A program made the position numbers and the translations under genes. The notes under the pieces were generated by a model. It ran no database searches. It was not told where the DNA came from and saw only the letters and a list, made by a program, of their open reading frames with translations. Source: an uncultured Nostoc sp. (GTDB lineage: Bacteria; Cyanobacteriota; Cyanobacteriia; Cyanobacteriales; Nostocaceae). Taken from it: a DNA stretch of 64,000 bases. Of this stretch, positions 1 through 9,079 are shown in pieces. Where the stretch lies: positions 16,001 to 80,000 of the forward strand of contig NZ_CALMFY010000104.1 of the NCBI RefSeq assembly GCF_937863485.1, written 5' to 3'. Every line of letters starts with the position of its first letter. The first letter of the stretch is position 1.

Positions 1-2
1 TG

Positions 3-479
3 GGCTGTCAAAATAGCTAGATGTTCTTGCAACTGCAATTTGACAATTTTTGCTCGAAATAGAGGGCCATGTTCCAAATCAAAAGGTTGCTCTACCTCTT
101 GTCGCAAGATACTAGCTAATTTTTCCTGTTGATCCTGTAGTTCCAGGCTAGAAAGATCAATAATAGGGATTTCAATTTGCCGAGAAGCAACAATGCAGAG
201 TATATTGCCATTTGTGCTAAAAGTTGTCCGTAGTGCTTCATGACGTTGTACTAACTCTTCCACCGCAGACTGGAAAACTTTGACATCAAGTTCACCTCTT
301 AGTCGCAGAGATTGGGACTCGTTATAAGCACAATTGGCAGCATCCCCTATTTGCACAGAAGCCCAAATTTCTTTTTGTGATTCTGTGGCAGGGGCGGTTA
401 AAAGTAATTCTCCATCTGCAAATGGATCAAAATCAACCGCAGTTAATCTGGATTGGTAATCTACAGGTGATAGGCTCAT
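3..479 (-). CDS. NRPS condensation-domain protein, 5' part (runs off window start)
   Basis: Manual translation from ATG at 479: MSLSPVDYQSRLTAVDFDPFADGELLLTAPATESQKEIW...AYNE...LRLRGELDV...LVQRHEALRTTF...PFDLEHGPLFRAKIVKL...HLAILTAH. These are C-domain core motifs leading up to the HHxxxDG site. Absent from the ORF track because there is no stop in the window. Confidence 0.85.
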   Translation of the reverse strand, partial: MSLSPVDYQSRLTAVDFDPFADGELLLTAPATESQKEIWASVQIGDAANCAYNESQSLRLRGELDVKVFQSAVEELVQRHEALRTTFSTNGNILCIVASRQIEIPIIDLSSLELQDQQEKLASILRQEVEQPFDLEHGPLFRAKIVKLQLQEHLAILTA

Positions 480-554
480 AAAACTCTATTATTTTCTCAG
501 TTTATTCAATTTTGTTAAATTTAAATCTTTCTTGACAAACTACTGGCGTCCAAT

Positions 555-929
555 TCATTGTTTAGCGAAGATTGGAGACTTTAAATAATTATGCATAGGA
601 ACTTCTACAAATCTATATGTCAATGATGCAGCCAATATGATCATCATAAGAAATACTCCTAGAGATGTCAAGGCTTCATATTCTGTGAAACTTTTGCCAA
701 AAACATGGTGAAATTTATAAATCCCGAATACTTTTAATCATTATTGAACAAACCAATAAACCAGATAAATCGAATAATATATAGTACCGATATATAGCAT
801 TAACCGGGAATTTAAAGTTTTTGATATCACACCATTATTGTTGACATATACAGCTAAAATCAGTAGAAAAAAAGCTGGTAAAATTAGCCAATCATGAAGG
901 CTACGCAAATGATGCCAGTAGTAATTCAT
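555..929 (-). pseudogene. Acyltransferase-3 (OafA-like) C-terminal remnant
   Basis: ORF 741..929 (LYIGTIYYSIYLVYW, like the GxISYSxYLxH motif) continues in frame past TAA-TGA into LKVFGIYKF...AASLTYRFVEVP...KQ* (like the SYxxVExP motif), ending at 555. The N-terminal half is missing. Confidence 0.7.
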
Positions 930-1013
930 AATTATAATTATCCAAGTGATAGCTATAATTGCCAGTAAATTAAGATTAAAATACTTTTTATAATTATCTC
1001 TTTGATAGACTTG

Positions 1014-1578
1014 TTATAATACCAAGTACGCACTTATGGGCGGTGTAGACAAGAAGCCAGCAGACTGCATTTCGGCAATACTTTCTTTAAAAGCTGCCAT
1101 CACAAAAGCCAGATCGGCTTCGGAATGGGCTGTCGTCAAGAAGCAAGGACGATGATCCCAAGTATGCACTCCCTTATTCCGCAGCAAGTAAAATAGCAAA
1201 TCTCCGTAGGGAAACTCTGGTACAGACTTCACCATCATCAGCCCGATTTTTGAGGATTTCTAGAGACTCAGGCGAATCATAATCTAGTACCAAGATATTC
1301 TCTACCATTTCCGGTGGAATACCGAAAGCAGCAGGAATTGACCTTAATTTCTTTGTCCCCCGAACAATTACTTCATCTAAAATGCCGTGATCAGCTCCAC
1401 AAAAGATGGCGATTAAGTTACGCCCTGTGATTGTGCGTGCCATCCGCATCGCTCCCAGAACCGCTTCCGAACCTGTGTTACAAAAGGCTGCTCGGTCAAA
1501 GTTGGTCAACTCACACATCAGCCGCGCCACTTCTCCAACTAAGGGAGTCTGGGGGCCAATTTCTATACCGAGTTTCAT
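1014..1578 (-). pseudogene. Class-III (GSA-type) aminotransferase domain remnant, as found in hybrid PKS/NRPS; internal deletion
   Basis: 1174..1578 has GIEIGPQ and FCNTGSEAVLGAMRMARTITGR. 1014..1238, in another frame, has the domain's C-terminus (GVHTWDHRPCFLTTAHSEADL). The central PLP-lysine region is absent. Confidence 0.8.
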
Positions 1579-1660
1579 TTTTTAGCACTAATCTAAGCGT
1601 ATTGGTCGATAAGTAAGTAATGGCATCTCTTCAGAGGTAGGTTGGATATGACCAGCGAAA

Positions 1661-1700
1661 TGATTGTAGGGTGGGCATTACAATCCCCACCCTACAATCA
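1661..1700. repeat. REP-like palindrome
   Basis: TGATTGTAGGGTGGG-10 nt-CCCACCCTACAATCA, a perfect 15-bp inverted repeat; may also terminate the upstream phosphatase transcript. Confidence 0.75.
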
Positions 1701-1784
1701 CGAACTATTTGCTGTAGTCTACGCAATTGAAAACCCTTGTTTCAACTAAGTAGTTAAGCTGCTACGCTCCACTATGCGAATAGA

Positions 1785-4460
1785 CTAAGGTACAACGCTA
1801 GCAGAGAAAACGAAGTCATTTGCAGTCAGGCTAGTTGAGGTAATTCCCAGCAATGAAACCAACTCTGTATTTCCGGTTTTCACCAGAGTCGTACTACCCT
1901 GTTGCAATAAGGTTAAAGCACTAAACTGAGTGATGCCAACACCGCCAAGCCCGATTTTATCAATCCCGACTGTAAAGTCAGTAATAATGTTCTTGCTAGT
2001 TGGCAAATTGGCCTTAGCAATCCAGAATTGATCAGCACCAGCACCACCACTGAGGCGATCGCCACCCCCTTGACCAGCAAATAGCACATCATCACCATCA
2101 CCACCAAACAGGGAGTCATTGACACCGGAGAAGAGTTTATCATCACCATCACCACCGTAGAGACGGTTATTGCTACCTTGACTCTTGAGGGTGTCGTTAC
2201 CTGAGCCACCGAATAATGATTGACGAGAACCTTCAACTACTGTGAGAGTATCAGCACCTGCGCCTCCGAACAAATTATTACTACCACTGGCTTCAACTAC
2301 GGTAACTTGGTCATCACCATTGCCACCATCGACACTTGTGTTGCTAACAGCACCATTTTGACCAACAAAGATATTATCATCACCATCCCCTGTGGACACT
2401 GAAGAGTCACTGCCAACCAGCACCGTATCTTCACCCCTTCCAGTCTGGATTGTGTTACCCTTAGTACCTTCTACAAAGTCTGCTCCGTCACCTGTGAATA
2501 AAGTTTGATTTGGCTTGAGGGTAACATCATCACTAGTGGTAGAACCAAATTGAATATCTAATGTTGTTAGTCCAAGAGTGCGACCAGCAAACCCTGCTGC
2601 TGTAAAGTACTGAGTATTACCTACACTTTGAGAATCCAGAATAGTTGTTTGACCATTAGTAGTTTTTTCCGAAGTCAAGACTTCTTTAGTGGAGGGAACT
2701 GCATCCGGGCCTCCCACCAATGCTTCTGTAATGGCACGACCTTTCAAATCGCCATTACTGGGAATTTTTAACCCCAGAATACTAGCAAGTGTAGGCGTTA
2801 CATCAGCATTACTAACGGGTGCATAGTCTACATAGCCTTGTTTAAAGTCAGGGCCAATAGCCTCCATGTTATTGAAGGTGTCACCTCGACCAAAGCTGCC
2901 ATGCATCCCCTGCCCTTGCTGTAAAGTTGTGTCAGCAATCTCTACCTGAGCTTGAGGGTTATTTGGGTTATTTCGGTCTGTGCTAAAGCTTTTGAAGTTG
3001 ATCACAATAGATGGAACAGGTGTTTTAGCATCACCTTTTAGCCCGATCGCACTCAGTGGTAAAGCACCTGGAATAGTTCCATAGGAATCGTTTACAAAAA
3101 TACCACTGATGTAATCTTTTTGTGAGAGCAAATTCACTACCTGTTTGGCTAAATCAGCATTGCCATTAGGTAGATAAATTAGGTCAGATCCCCCATTCGC
3201 AGCTATAACTATCTTTGTGCCTGAGTCAAGTTGGCCATTAATTACCTGACCTGTACCACCAATTACACCATTCCCAGAAATAGGACGTTGACCTTGTGTG
3301 GCATCAACAGTCGCATACTGGATGTGCTTCAGGTCTGGGGGGAGGGTCGTAGGGTTAGGATCGTATAGGGGTAGACCTAGATCATGAGCCAAATCAATCG
3401 CAACAAAGCCTGCTGGTAAAAATCCCGGATTTACACCCGTGTATGTTTGAGTGGCAGCATAACTTGTAGTTTTTGTACCTTGGCTATCAATAACTTGTTT
3501 GCTGATGGTAGAAAAACCGTGGTCGGAAGTAATAAAGACATCAGTAGTCTTGTCCAAGCCTGTACTCTTGAGATAGTCAAGAAGTTGCTTTAAATTATCA
3601 TCAGCATTTTTGACCCCAGCTTTTGAAGTAGTACCATTGATACCTGGTGTCAAGGTGTTTAAGCTATCACCCTGATTGTGTTGAGTACCATCAGGATCTC
3701 TTGACCAGTACACCAATGCGAATGGTTTACCCTCTTCCTGGAACTTGGGTAAAATTACCTTGGTAGTAGCATCTGCAAAGTATTGTTGTTGAGCCACATT
3801 GGCATTCAAGGTGCCAGGAGTTTTATTGTTACCAGCTGGCTGGACTCGCAATGTCGGTTTTACATCTAGACCAGCGGCTTGTAAGCGATTGACAATATCT
3901 GGAGCAAGTGGAACAGCAGAAGGTGAACCAGCGGCTGTAGTCGGCGGTGTTGCACCATTCGTACTGTCATCAATAATTATTGTATTCGGAGTAGGAATAG
4001 TACCTGTAGTACCACCTTCTCGGTTAACTTGTGTGACATCTTGGATGGCAACGGGTCCTAATTTACCAACTGCTGCTGTGTTGAAACCCTGCGATCGCGC
4101 ATAAGCTAGGAGTGACTCTTCATCTAAAAAGTTGTTACCGGGAAACTTTTCGTCAATATCCCCCAGAACAGAATCATTTTCAATGAATGGTGTCACACTA
4201 CCATTGGCATTAGGACTAGGAAAACCAGTGTAGATAGTGTTACTAAAGTCACCTGTATCACCAAGATAATGCCCCGTTGCGATCGCAGAAGCATTCGGGG
4301 TGGTAAATGTCGGAAACAGCGAATGACTATTGGCAAAACTAACACCCTGCTGACGGACACTATATAAAGTTGGGGTATCAGTGGGGTTTACAGAACCGTT
4401 ACGCAATCCATCTGCAACAAAAATAATGACATTTCTACCGTTGCCTTTTATATCAGCCAT
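1785..4460 (-). CDS. Alkaline-phosphatase-superfamily (type I phosphodiesterase/NPP) enzyme with C-terminal RTX/hemolysin-type Ca-binding tail
   Basis: Motifs [18 protein letters not shown] (nucleophile Thr), DPDGTQH, SDHGF and GMHGS; GGxGxDxL repeats in the last ~250 aa; no N-terminal signal peptide. Confidence 0.9.
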   Translation of the reverse strand: MADIKGNGRNVIIFVADGLRNGSVNPTDTPTLYSVRQQGVSFANSHSLFPTFTTPNASAIATGHYLGDTGDFSNTIYTGFPSPNANGSVTPFIENDSVLGDIDEKFPGNNFLDEESLLAYARSQGFNTAAVGKLGPVAIQDVTQVNREGGTTGTIPTPNTIIIDDSTNGATPPTTAAGSPSAVPLAPDIVNRLQAAGLDVKPTLRVQPAGNNKTPGTLNANVAQQQYFADATTKVILPKFQEEGKPFALVYWSRDPDGTQHNQGDSLNTLTPGINGTTSKAGVKNADDNLKQLLDYLKSTGLDKTTDVFITSDHGFSTISKQVIDSQGTKTTSYAATQTYTGVNPGFLPAGFVAIDLAHDLGLPLYDPNPTTLPPDLKHIQYATVDATQGQRPISGNGVIGGTGQVINGQLDSGTKIVIAANGGSDLIYLPNGNADLAKQVVNLLSQKDYISGIFVNDSYGTIPGALPLSAIGLKGDAKTPVPSIVINFKSFSTDRNNPNNPQAQVEIADTTLQQGQGMHGSFGRGDTFNNMEAIGPDFKQGYVDYAPVSNADVTPTLASILGLKIPSNGDLKGRAITEALVGGPDAVPSTKEVLTSEKTTNGQTTILDSQSVGNTQYFTAAGFAGRTLGLTTLDIQFGSTTSDDVTLKPNQTLFTGDGADFVEGTKGNTIQTGRGEDTVLVGSDSSVSTGDGDDNIFVGQNGAVSNTSVDGGNGDDQVTVVEASGSNNLFGGAGADTLTVVEGSRQSLFGGSGNDTLKSQGSNNRLYGGDGDDKLFSGVNDSLFGGDGDDVLFAGQGGGDRLSGGAGADQFWIAKANLPTSKNIITDFTVGIDKIGLGGVGITQFSALTLLQQGSTTLVKTGNTELVSLLGITSTSLTANDFVFSASVVP

Positions 4461-4659
4461 ACCGACTACTCCTTAAGTATTGTGAGCTACGATTAATCAC
4501 AGCAATTGTGTGTCTGTAGACTGAGCGATTAATTACACTCAACCCAAGCGAAAAATTCTTGACTACAAAAACCTGAGTAGTATTTCGTGACAAAAGACTT
4601 AGTGTCCACATAAATTGGTGGAGACAATTAAATGAATATAACTCTGGTCACTGCCTCAA

Positions 4660-4703
4660 AAGATAGTTGTTCAATGTTTAAGGAAGGTTATAAGCAAGTT
4701 AAG
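4660..4703 (-). promoter_or_regulatory. Candidate SphR/PhoB Pho box plus -10 element
   Basis: Minus strand reads CTTAACTT-gct-TATAACCT-tcc-TTAAACAT (11-bp period, 4703-4674), then TATCTT at 4665-4660, about 200 nt upstream of the 891-aa gene. Resembles the cyanobacterial CTTAACCT repeat consensus. Confidence 0.65.
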
Positions 4704-4741
4704 ATTTTAGACAAAAACCAGAAGGCTCTTTATGAACAAAA

Positions 4742-4774
4742 AGATCCCCGACTTCTTGAAGAAGTCGGGGATCT
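4742..4774. repeat. Perfect palindromic repeat (hairpin)
   Basis: AGATCCCCGACTTCT-TGA-AGAAGTCGGGGATCT; 15-bp stem downstream of the 1032-aa gene. Confidence 0.8.
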
Positions 4775-4891
4775 GAGCCTTTCGGTGGATAGCAAATCAA
4801 ATATGATTGCTATATCACTCCTCTGCATTAGTAAAATCGCTACAGCTTAATTAATTTTGAATGTTTAATCTAAGCTGTAATCATTTTTCAG

Positions 4892-7800
4892 CTAAACGAC
4901 ACTAGCAGAAAAAACAAAATCATTTGCAGTCAGACTAGTTGATGTAATTCCAATTAATGAAGCTAACTCTGTATTTCCGGTTTTCACTAAGGTGTTACTA
5001 CCCTGTTGCAATAGTGTCAGGGCACTAAACTGAGTCACACCAATACCACCAAGCCCAATTTTATCAATGCCGATTGTAAAATCAGTCACGATGTTCTTGC
5101 TAGTTGGCAAACTGGCGTTAGCAATCCAGAATTGATCAGCACCAGCACCGCCACTGAGGCGATCGCTACCCCCTTGACCAGCAAATAGCACATCATCACC
5201 ATCGCCACCAAATAGCAAATCATTGACATTAGAGAAGAGTTTGTCATCACCATCACCACCGTAGAGACGGTTATTGCTACCGCCACTACTAAGGGTGTCG
5301 TTGCCTGAGCCACCAAATAATGATTGACGAGAACCTTCAATTACTGTGAGAGTATCATCACCTGCCGCCCCAAGTAAATTATTACTACCACTGGCTTCCA
5401 CTACGGTAATAACATCATTACCATTGCCACCATCAGCACTGGTATTTTGAGCCGGGCCATTTTGACCAATAAATAGCTGATCATTACCCTCTCCACCGGA
5501 TACTGAAGAGTCACTGCCGACTAGCACCGTGTCTTCACCCTTTCCAGTCTGGATTGTGTTACCTTTTGTACCTTCTACAAAATCCGCTCCATCACCTGTG
5601 AATAGGGTTTGATTTGGCTGAACGGTAATATCATTGCTGCTAGTGGAGCCAAAATTAATTTTTTCAGCTTGAGGTTGACCTAAGCCAGGAGCAAGGTTAA
5701 GGGGCTTTTCCAACTTCAGCAGTAGAATTTCATTGTTGTCTATTACTGGATGCTGAGGATCATTGCCAGGACGACCTGTAGAGAAGGGATAATTGTTGTC
5801 ATTAGCTACCAAAATGGTGTTTTTGTCAACAACCAGAACATTTTCAATGGTTTGGAATGGGAAGTTGAAGGTGGTCTTACCGTCCCCATTCAGGTCGTTG
5901 GGGTCTTGGATGTTTAACAAGTCTGCAACTTCTTCTTTAGCTACATAGCCATTAGAATCTGTTTTAGATAGGTCTACTTTGTAGATTTTCTTGAATTTAG
6001 CCGCAGCCCCTTGATTGTTATCCCGCTCAATGACTAGGTACTCATTATCATTAATGACTGCTAAATCCCCGATCGAATTTGACGGATTATCCAATCTGTA
6101 ATAGCGTAATTGATTGCTGTATTTGTGGCTAGCAATGTCAAATTCGTTAATCCGCAAAGCGCCAGGAGTATCGCCCTGAACCGTACCTTCTAGTAGTAGG
6201 TAAAGCTTGGTTTTGCTGGCGTTAATTGCTCCACCCTCAAAACCTTTGGAACTACCTAAGTTAGCAAAAGCATCTCCTGAGAGAACATCGGGGTTTTGTG
6301 GCGATCGCACCACATTATACTGAGGATCATCTCTGAGTTGATCTCGTACTTTATCCCCAATATCTGGAAAATCTGTAAATAGCGCATCTACCCCTAATTG
6401 ATAGAACTGCTGAATTTCTAGTGCTAGCTTGCCTTTGTAATCTGCTGCTAAGTATTGATCTTCCGCACGGAAGGTGTAGGGGTGAACCTGCAAACCTGCG
6501 TTGTGAGCATCTTGAATTAAGGTAGTGGGAGGTAACGTTGTTTTGTCAGCATCATTGACTGTACCGTCCCCATTCACATCATCAGCTTTGCCATCACCAT
6601 TGGTATCAGTACCTTTGACGCTAACAATCATCCGCTTCCAAGGGCCAATGCCATCAGCATAGGTGGCAACTTCAGCCAAGCCTTTTGGAGTTCGTAAGTC
6701 GCCATAGGTGCGAGTGTCACCACTAACCTTCAGGTCATAAGGCTGACTTTCTATAATCTTACCGTTGATGTCAATGTCACTTGCATCTAAAAGTTGGATA
6801 AGTGGAATATCCACCCCTGCCGCAGGCATGATCACATCATGCAGCTGTTTGAGATTACCCACTTCAAAGGATTGGATGAAGATCCGACTAGGATCAGTGA
6901 AGTTATTTGCCTTGAGTGTATCGATTAGTAGCTGACTAATGTTTCGGTTAATTTTGTTTGTCGTGCCTACATAAGTAGCTTCTTGAGCCAAGTATGTCGG
7001 GTGCTTAGTTTCAGGATAGATACCAATCTTTTTACCTGTTGTCGTTTCTACATTCTTAACTAGATTGATGATTTCCGTGAGGGTAGGAATTTCAAATTGA
7101 TCATCGAAAGAATGATTGCGGAAAGGTAGACGTTCTTCTGCCCGTAAAGTCTTGATTTCAGCTAAAGTGAAGTCTTCAGCAAACCAACCTGTAATTGTGT
7201 TTCCATCTAAACTTACTGTTTTCTTGCGATCAGCAAACTCTGGATGTTTGTAAACATTTGTGGTTGTGTTGTTGAAATTGACAGTGCCATCAGCGTTCAA
7301 AACTGCTAAAGCAGGCTCATGGCGAGCAATTAACACGCCATCTTTTGTAACTACCAAGTCAGGCTCAATGAAGTCAGCGCCTCTCTCAATTGCTTGTTTA
7401 TAAGACTCTAAGGTATGTTCTGGACGATAACCAGCTGCACCTCTATGACCAATAACTTTAGGTGCTTCTCCATCTAGAGTCTTGAATTGGTCAGGTGTAG
7501 CAATGGGAGCCTCTAATAACTTACCAGTAGCATCAAAATGTAGCAGGTAGGTGCCAAACTCGTCTCCAACCCAGATTGTCCCGTTTTTATCAAAGACGAA
7601 TGACTCTACATCAAAGTCTGCACCAGTCAGTAATCTTCCAGTAGTTCCCTCATTCACAATTTGGAAAGGAACCTTGTTGTTAGGGTCAGACAGTTGGATG
7701 TAATCTAAAACTTTAACACTACCATCTCCATTCTCTGTTCCCTTTAAATTCGGGTCTAGACGATTGATTCGCAGTAGAAAATCTGCACTATTATCTTTGC

Positions 7801-7990
7801 TACCGTAACCATTATCTGACAAGAAGTAGAAAGAGTTACTATTAGCGAACTGTACACCGCTGAAGCCTTGAATTGGCTGTCCTGGGAAAGGTCCCGTTCT
7901 GCCATTGGCTGAAATGCCTTTACCAGAAGCTGGGCCATTACTAAAGGTATCAGCGGGTAAAGAGGCAAAGCCTACTAACTTAGTTGCCAT
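4892..7990 (-). CDS. Phytase-like (esterase-like activity of phytase) protein with inserted glycerophosphodiester phosphodiesterase domain and RTX tail
   Basis: N-half phytase-like motifs (GFSG, LSDNGYG, DxES, DEFG). GDPD motifs [25 protein letters not shown] through [11 protein letters not shown]-half phytase-like motifs (GFEG, IGDL, ERDN, NDNNYP). GGxGxD repeats at the end. Confidence 0.9.
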   Translation of the reverse strand: MATKLVGFASLPADTFSNGPASGKGISANGRTGPFPGQPIQGFSGVQFANSNSFYFLSDNGYGSKDNSADFLLRINRLDPNLKGTENGDGSVKVLDYIQLSDPNNKVPFQIVNEGTTGRLLTGADFDVESFVFDKNGTIWVGDEFGTYLLHFDATGKLLEAPIATPDQFKTLDGEAPKVIGHRGAAGYRPEHTLESYKQAIERGADFIEPDLVVTKDGVLIARHEPALAVLNADGTVNFNNTTTNVYKHPEFADRKKTVSLDGNTITGWFAEDFTLAEIKTLRAEERLPFRNHSFDDQFEIPTLTEIINLVKNVETTTGKKIGIYPETKHPTYLAQEATYVGTTNKINRNISQLLIDTLKANNFTDPSRIFIQSFEVGNLKQLHDVIMPAAGVDIPLIQLLDASDIDINGKIIESQPYDLKVSGDTRTYGDLRTPKGLAEVATYADGIGPWKRMIVSVKGTDTNGDGKADDVNGDGTVNDADKTTLPPTTLIQDAHNAGLQVHPYTFRAEDQYLAADYKGKLALEIQQFYQLGVDALFTDFPDIGDKVRDQLRDDPQYNVVRSPQNPDVLSGDAFANLGSSKGFEGGAINASKTKLYLLLEGTVQGDTPGALRINEFDIASHKYSNQLRYYRLDNPSNSIGDLAVINDNEYLVIERDNNQGAAAKFKKIYKVDLSKTDSNGYVAKEEVADLLNIQDPNDLNGDGKTTFNFPFQTIENVLVVDKNTILVANDNNYPFSTGRPGNDPQHPVIDNNEILLLKLEKPLNLAPGLGQPQAEKINFGSTSSNDITVQPNQTLFTGDGADFVEGTKGNTIQTGKGEDTVLVGSDSSVSGGEGNDQLFIGQNGPAQNTSADGGNGNDVITVVEASGSNNLLGAAGDDTLTVIEGSRQSLFGGSGNDTLSSGGSNNRLYGGDGDDKLFSNVNDLLFGGDGDDVLFAGQGGSDRLSGGAGADQFWIANASLPTSKNIVTDFTIGIDKIGLGGIGVTQFSALTLLQQGSNTLVKTGNTELASLIGITSTSLTANDFVFSASVV

Positions 7991-8339
7991 AATTAGAATG
8001 TTTTTTGGTAATTTTGATTTAACTGGATCACAAGCTATTCAAGTTTTCTCATTACATTAGTTGTGGGAAAAATAACTTATGTTCTCACGCTAAAAACCGG
8101 AATTACGGGTAAATTTGAGAATTACAAAAATATAGTTCGGGCAAGTCCGTTAAGTCCGATTTCGTCTGAACACTGAGAATACATTTACAAAAACGTATTT
8201 TCTCAGAGTTTTTGAAAGCTTGAGAAATCATAATGTAATGTCAACTACTAATCTGTGTTGGTGAGTCAAGAGTGTGGAAGACTGAGATTTAGAATTTCAA
8301 TCTGTCGGTAGTAGTTATGAGAAAACTTAGCTAGCACTA

Positions 8340-8397
8340 AAGATATTTCCAGGAAAAGATTAAGATAAGAATAAATTCAACAGAATAAATGATTAAA
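8340..8397 (-). promoter_or_regulatory. Candidate Pho box plus -10 element
   Basis: Minus strand TTTAATCA-ttt-ATTCTGTT-gaa-TTTATTCT-tat-CTTAATCT (11-bp period, 8397-8357), then TATCTT at 8345-8340; upstream of the 1032-aa gene. Confidence 0.5.
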
Positions 8398-8539
8398 ATC
8401 TACTTCCATCAAAAAATAATATTTATGAAAATTTATAAGTTTTATTTATAAAAATGAGTTACTAAATATTTATGCTTTGATATCCAAACTATTTTTGATA
8501 ATTTTCAAAGGATAAAACTTGAATTTTTGCAGTTTGAAT

Positions 8540-8694
8540 AGGAGCATCCCAAATGTGCAAAAACCTTGATTGCCCTCATCCCCTAACCCCTTCTCCCAAG
8601 CATGGGAGAAGGGGAATTTCTCCCCTCTCCCACGTTTGGGAGAGGGGCTGGGGGTGAGGGAAGAGAGTTAAAGTAGCAAAATTGGGATGCTCTC
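8540..8694. mobile_element. MITE (155 bp) with 8-bp target-site duplication
   Basis: TIRs GAGCATCCCAAATGTGC / GAGCATCCCAATTTTGC (15/17); direct repeat GTTTGAAT at 8532-8539 and 8695-8702; internal double GC-rich hairpin. Confidence 0.8.
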
Positions 8695-8708
8695 GTTTGA
8701 ATTGACTA

Positions 8709-8741
8709 GCGATCGCCTACGGCGGGCGGTTATGCCATCGC
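8709..8741. repeat. Small dispersed repeat starting at a HIP1 site
   Basis: GCGATCGCCTACGGCGGGCGGTTATGCCATCGC; related copies at 39027-39059 and 61522-61551. Confidence 0.6.
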
Positions 8742-8801
8742 ATCAATTTTACAGTTACTTGTAAGGCAATACGTTTGGGATGACGCTAGGCGAACAATCT
8801 A

Positions 8802-9079
8802 AGTACAGTTCATATTTCATTAATTCGTAGCGAATAAAATTTGGCAATACCTTGCAATGCCAATGCATCCCGATACATTGTTAATGCGTTCCCTTACAAT
8901 GCCAATGCATCCCAATACAATGTTAATGCGTCCCAATACAATGCCAATGCATCCCAATACAATGTTAATCCGTCCCAATACAATGCCAATGCATCCCGAT
9001 ACATTGTTAATGCGTCCCTCTACAATGCCAATGCATCGGGATGCGTTAAAAACGCTACGCTTTTACGCAAAACTGTACT
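8802..9079. mobile_element. TIR-bounded non-autonomous element carrying a 21-bp tandem array
   Basis: AGTACAGTT at 8802-8810 and AACTGTACT at 9071-9079. The right end (revcomp AGTACAGTTTTGCGTAAAA) resembles the AGTA..GGCGTAAATAA-type ends at 59431 and 60999. Confidence 0.5.
8856..9044. repeat. Nine tandem 21-bp units, alternating A/B (42-bp higher order)
   Basis: A = AATGCCAATGCATCCCAATAC, B = AATGTTAATGCGTCCCAATAC; order ABABABABA; no unique spacers. Confidence 0.95.

Noticed and set aside
4632-4850. 72-aa + strand ORF
   Set aside because: It runs antisense through the Pho box/promoter and a palindromic repeat, and has no protein motif.
8856-9044. Possible CRISPR array
   Set aside because: The units are contiguous 21-mers with no unique spacers, no leader, and no cas genes in the window.
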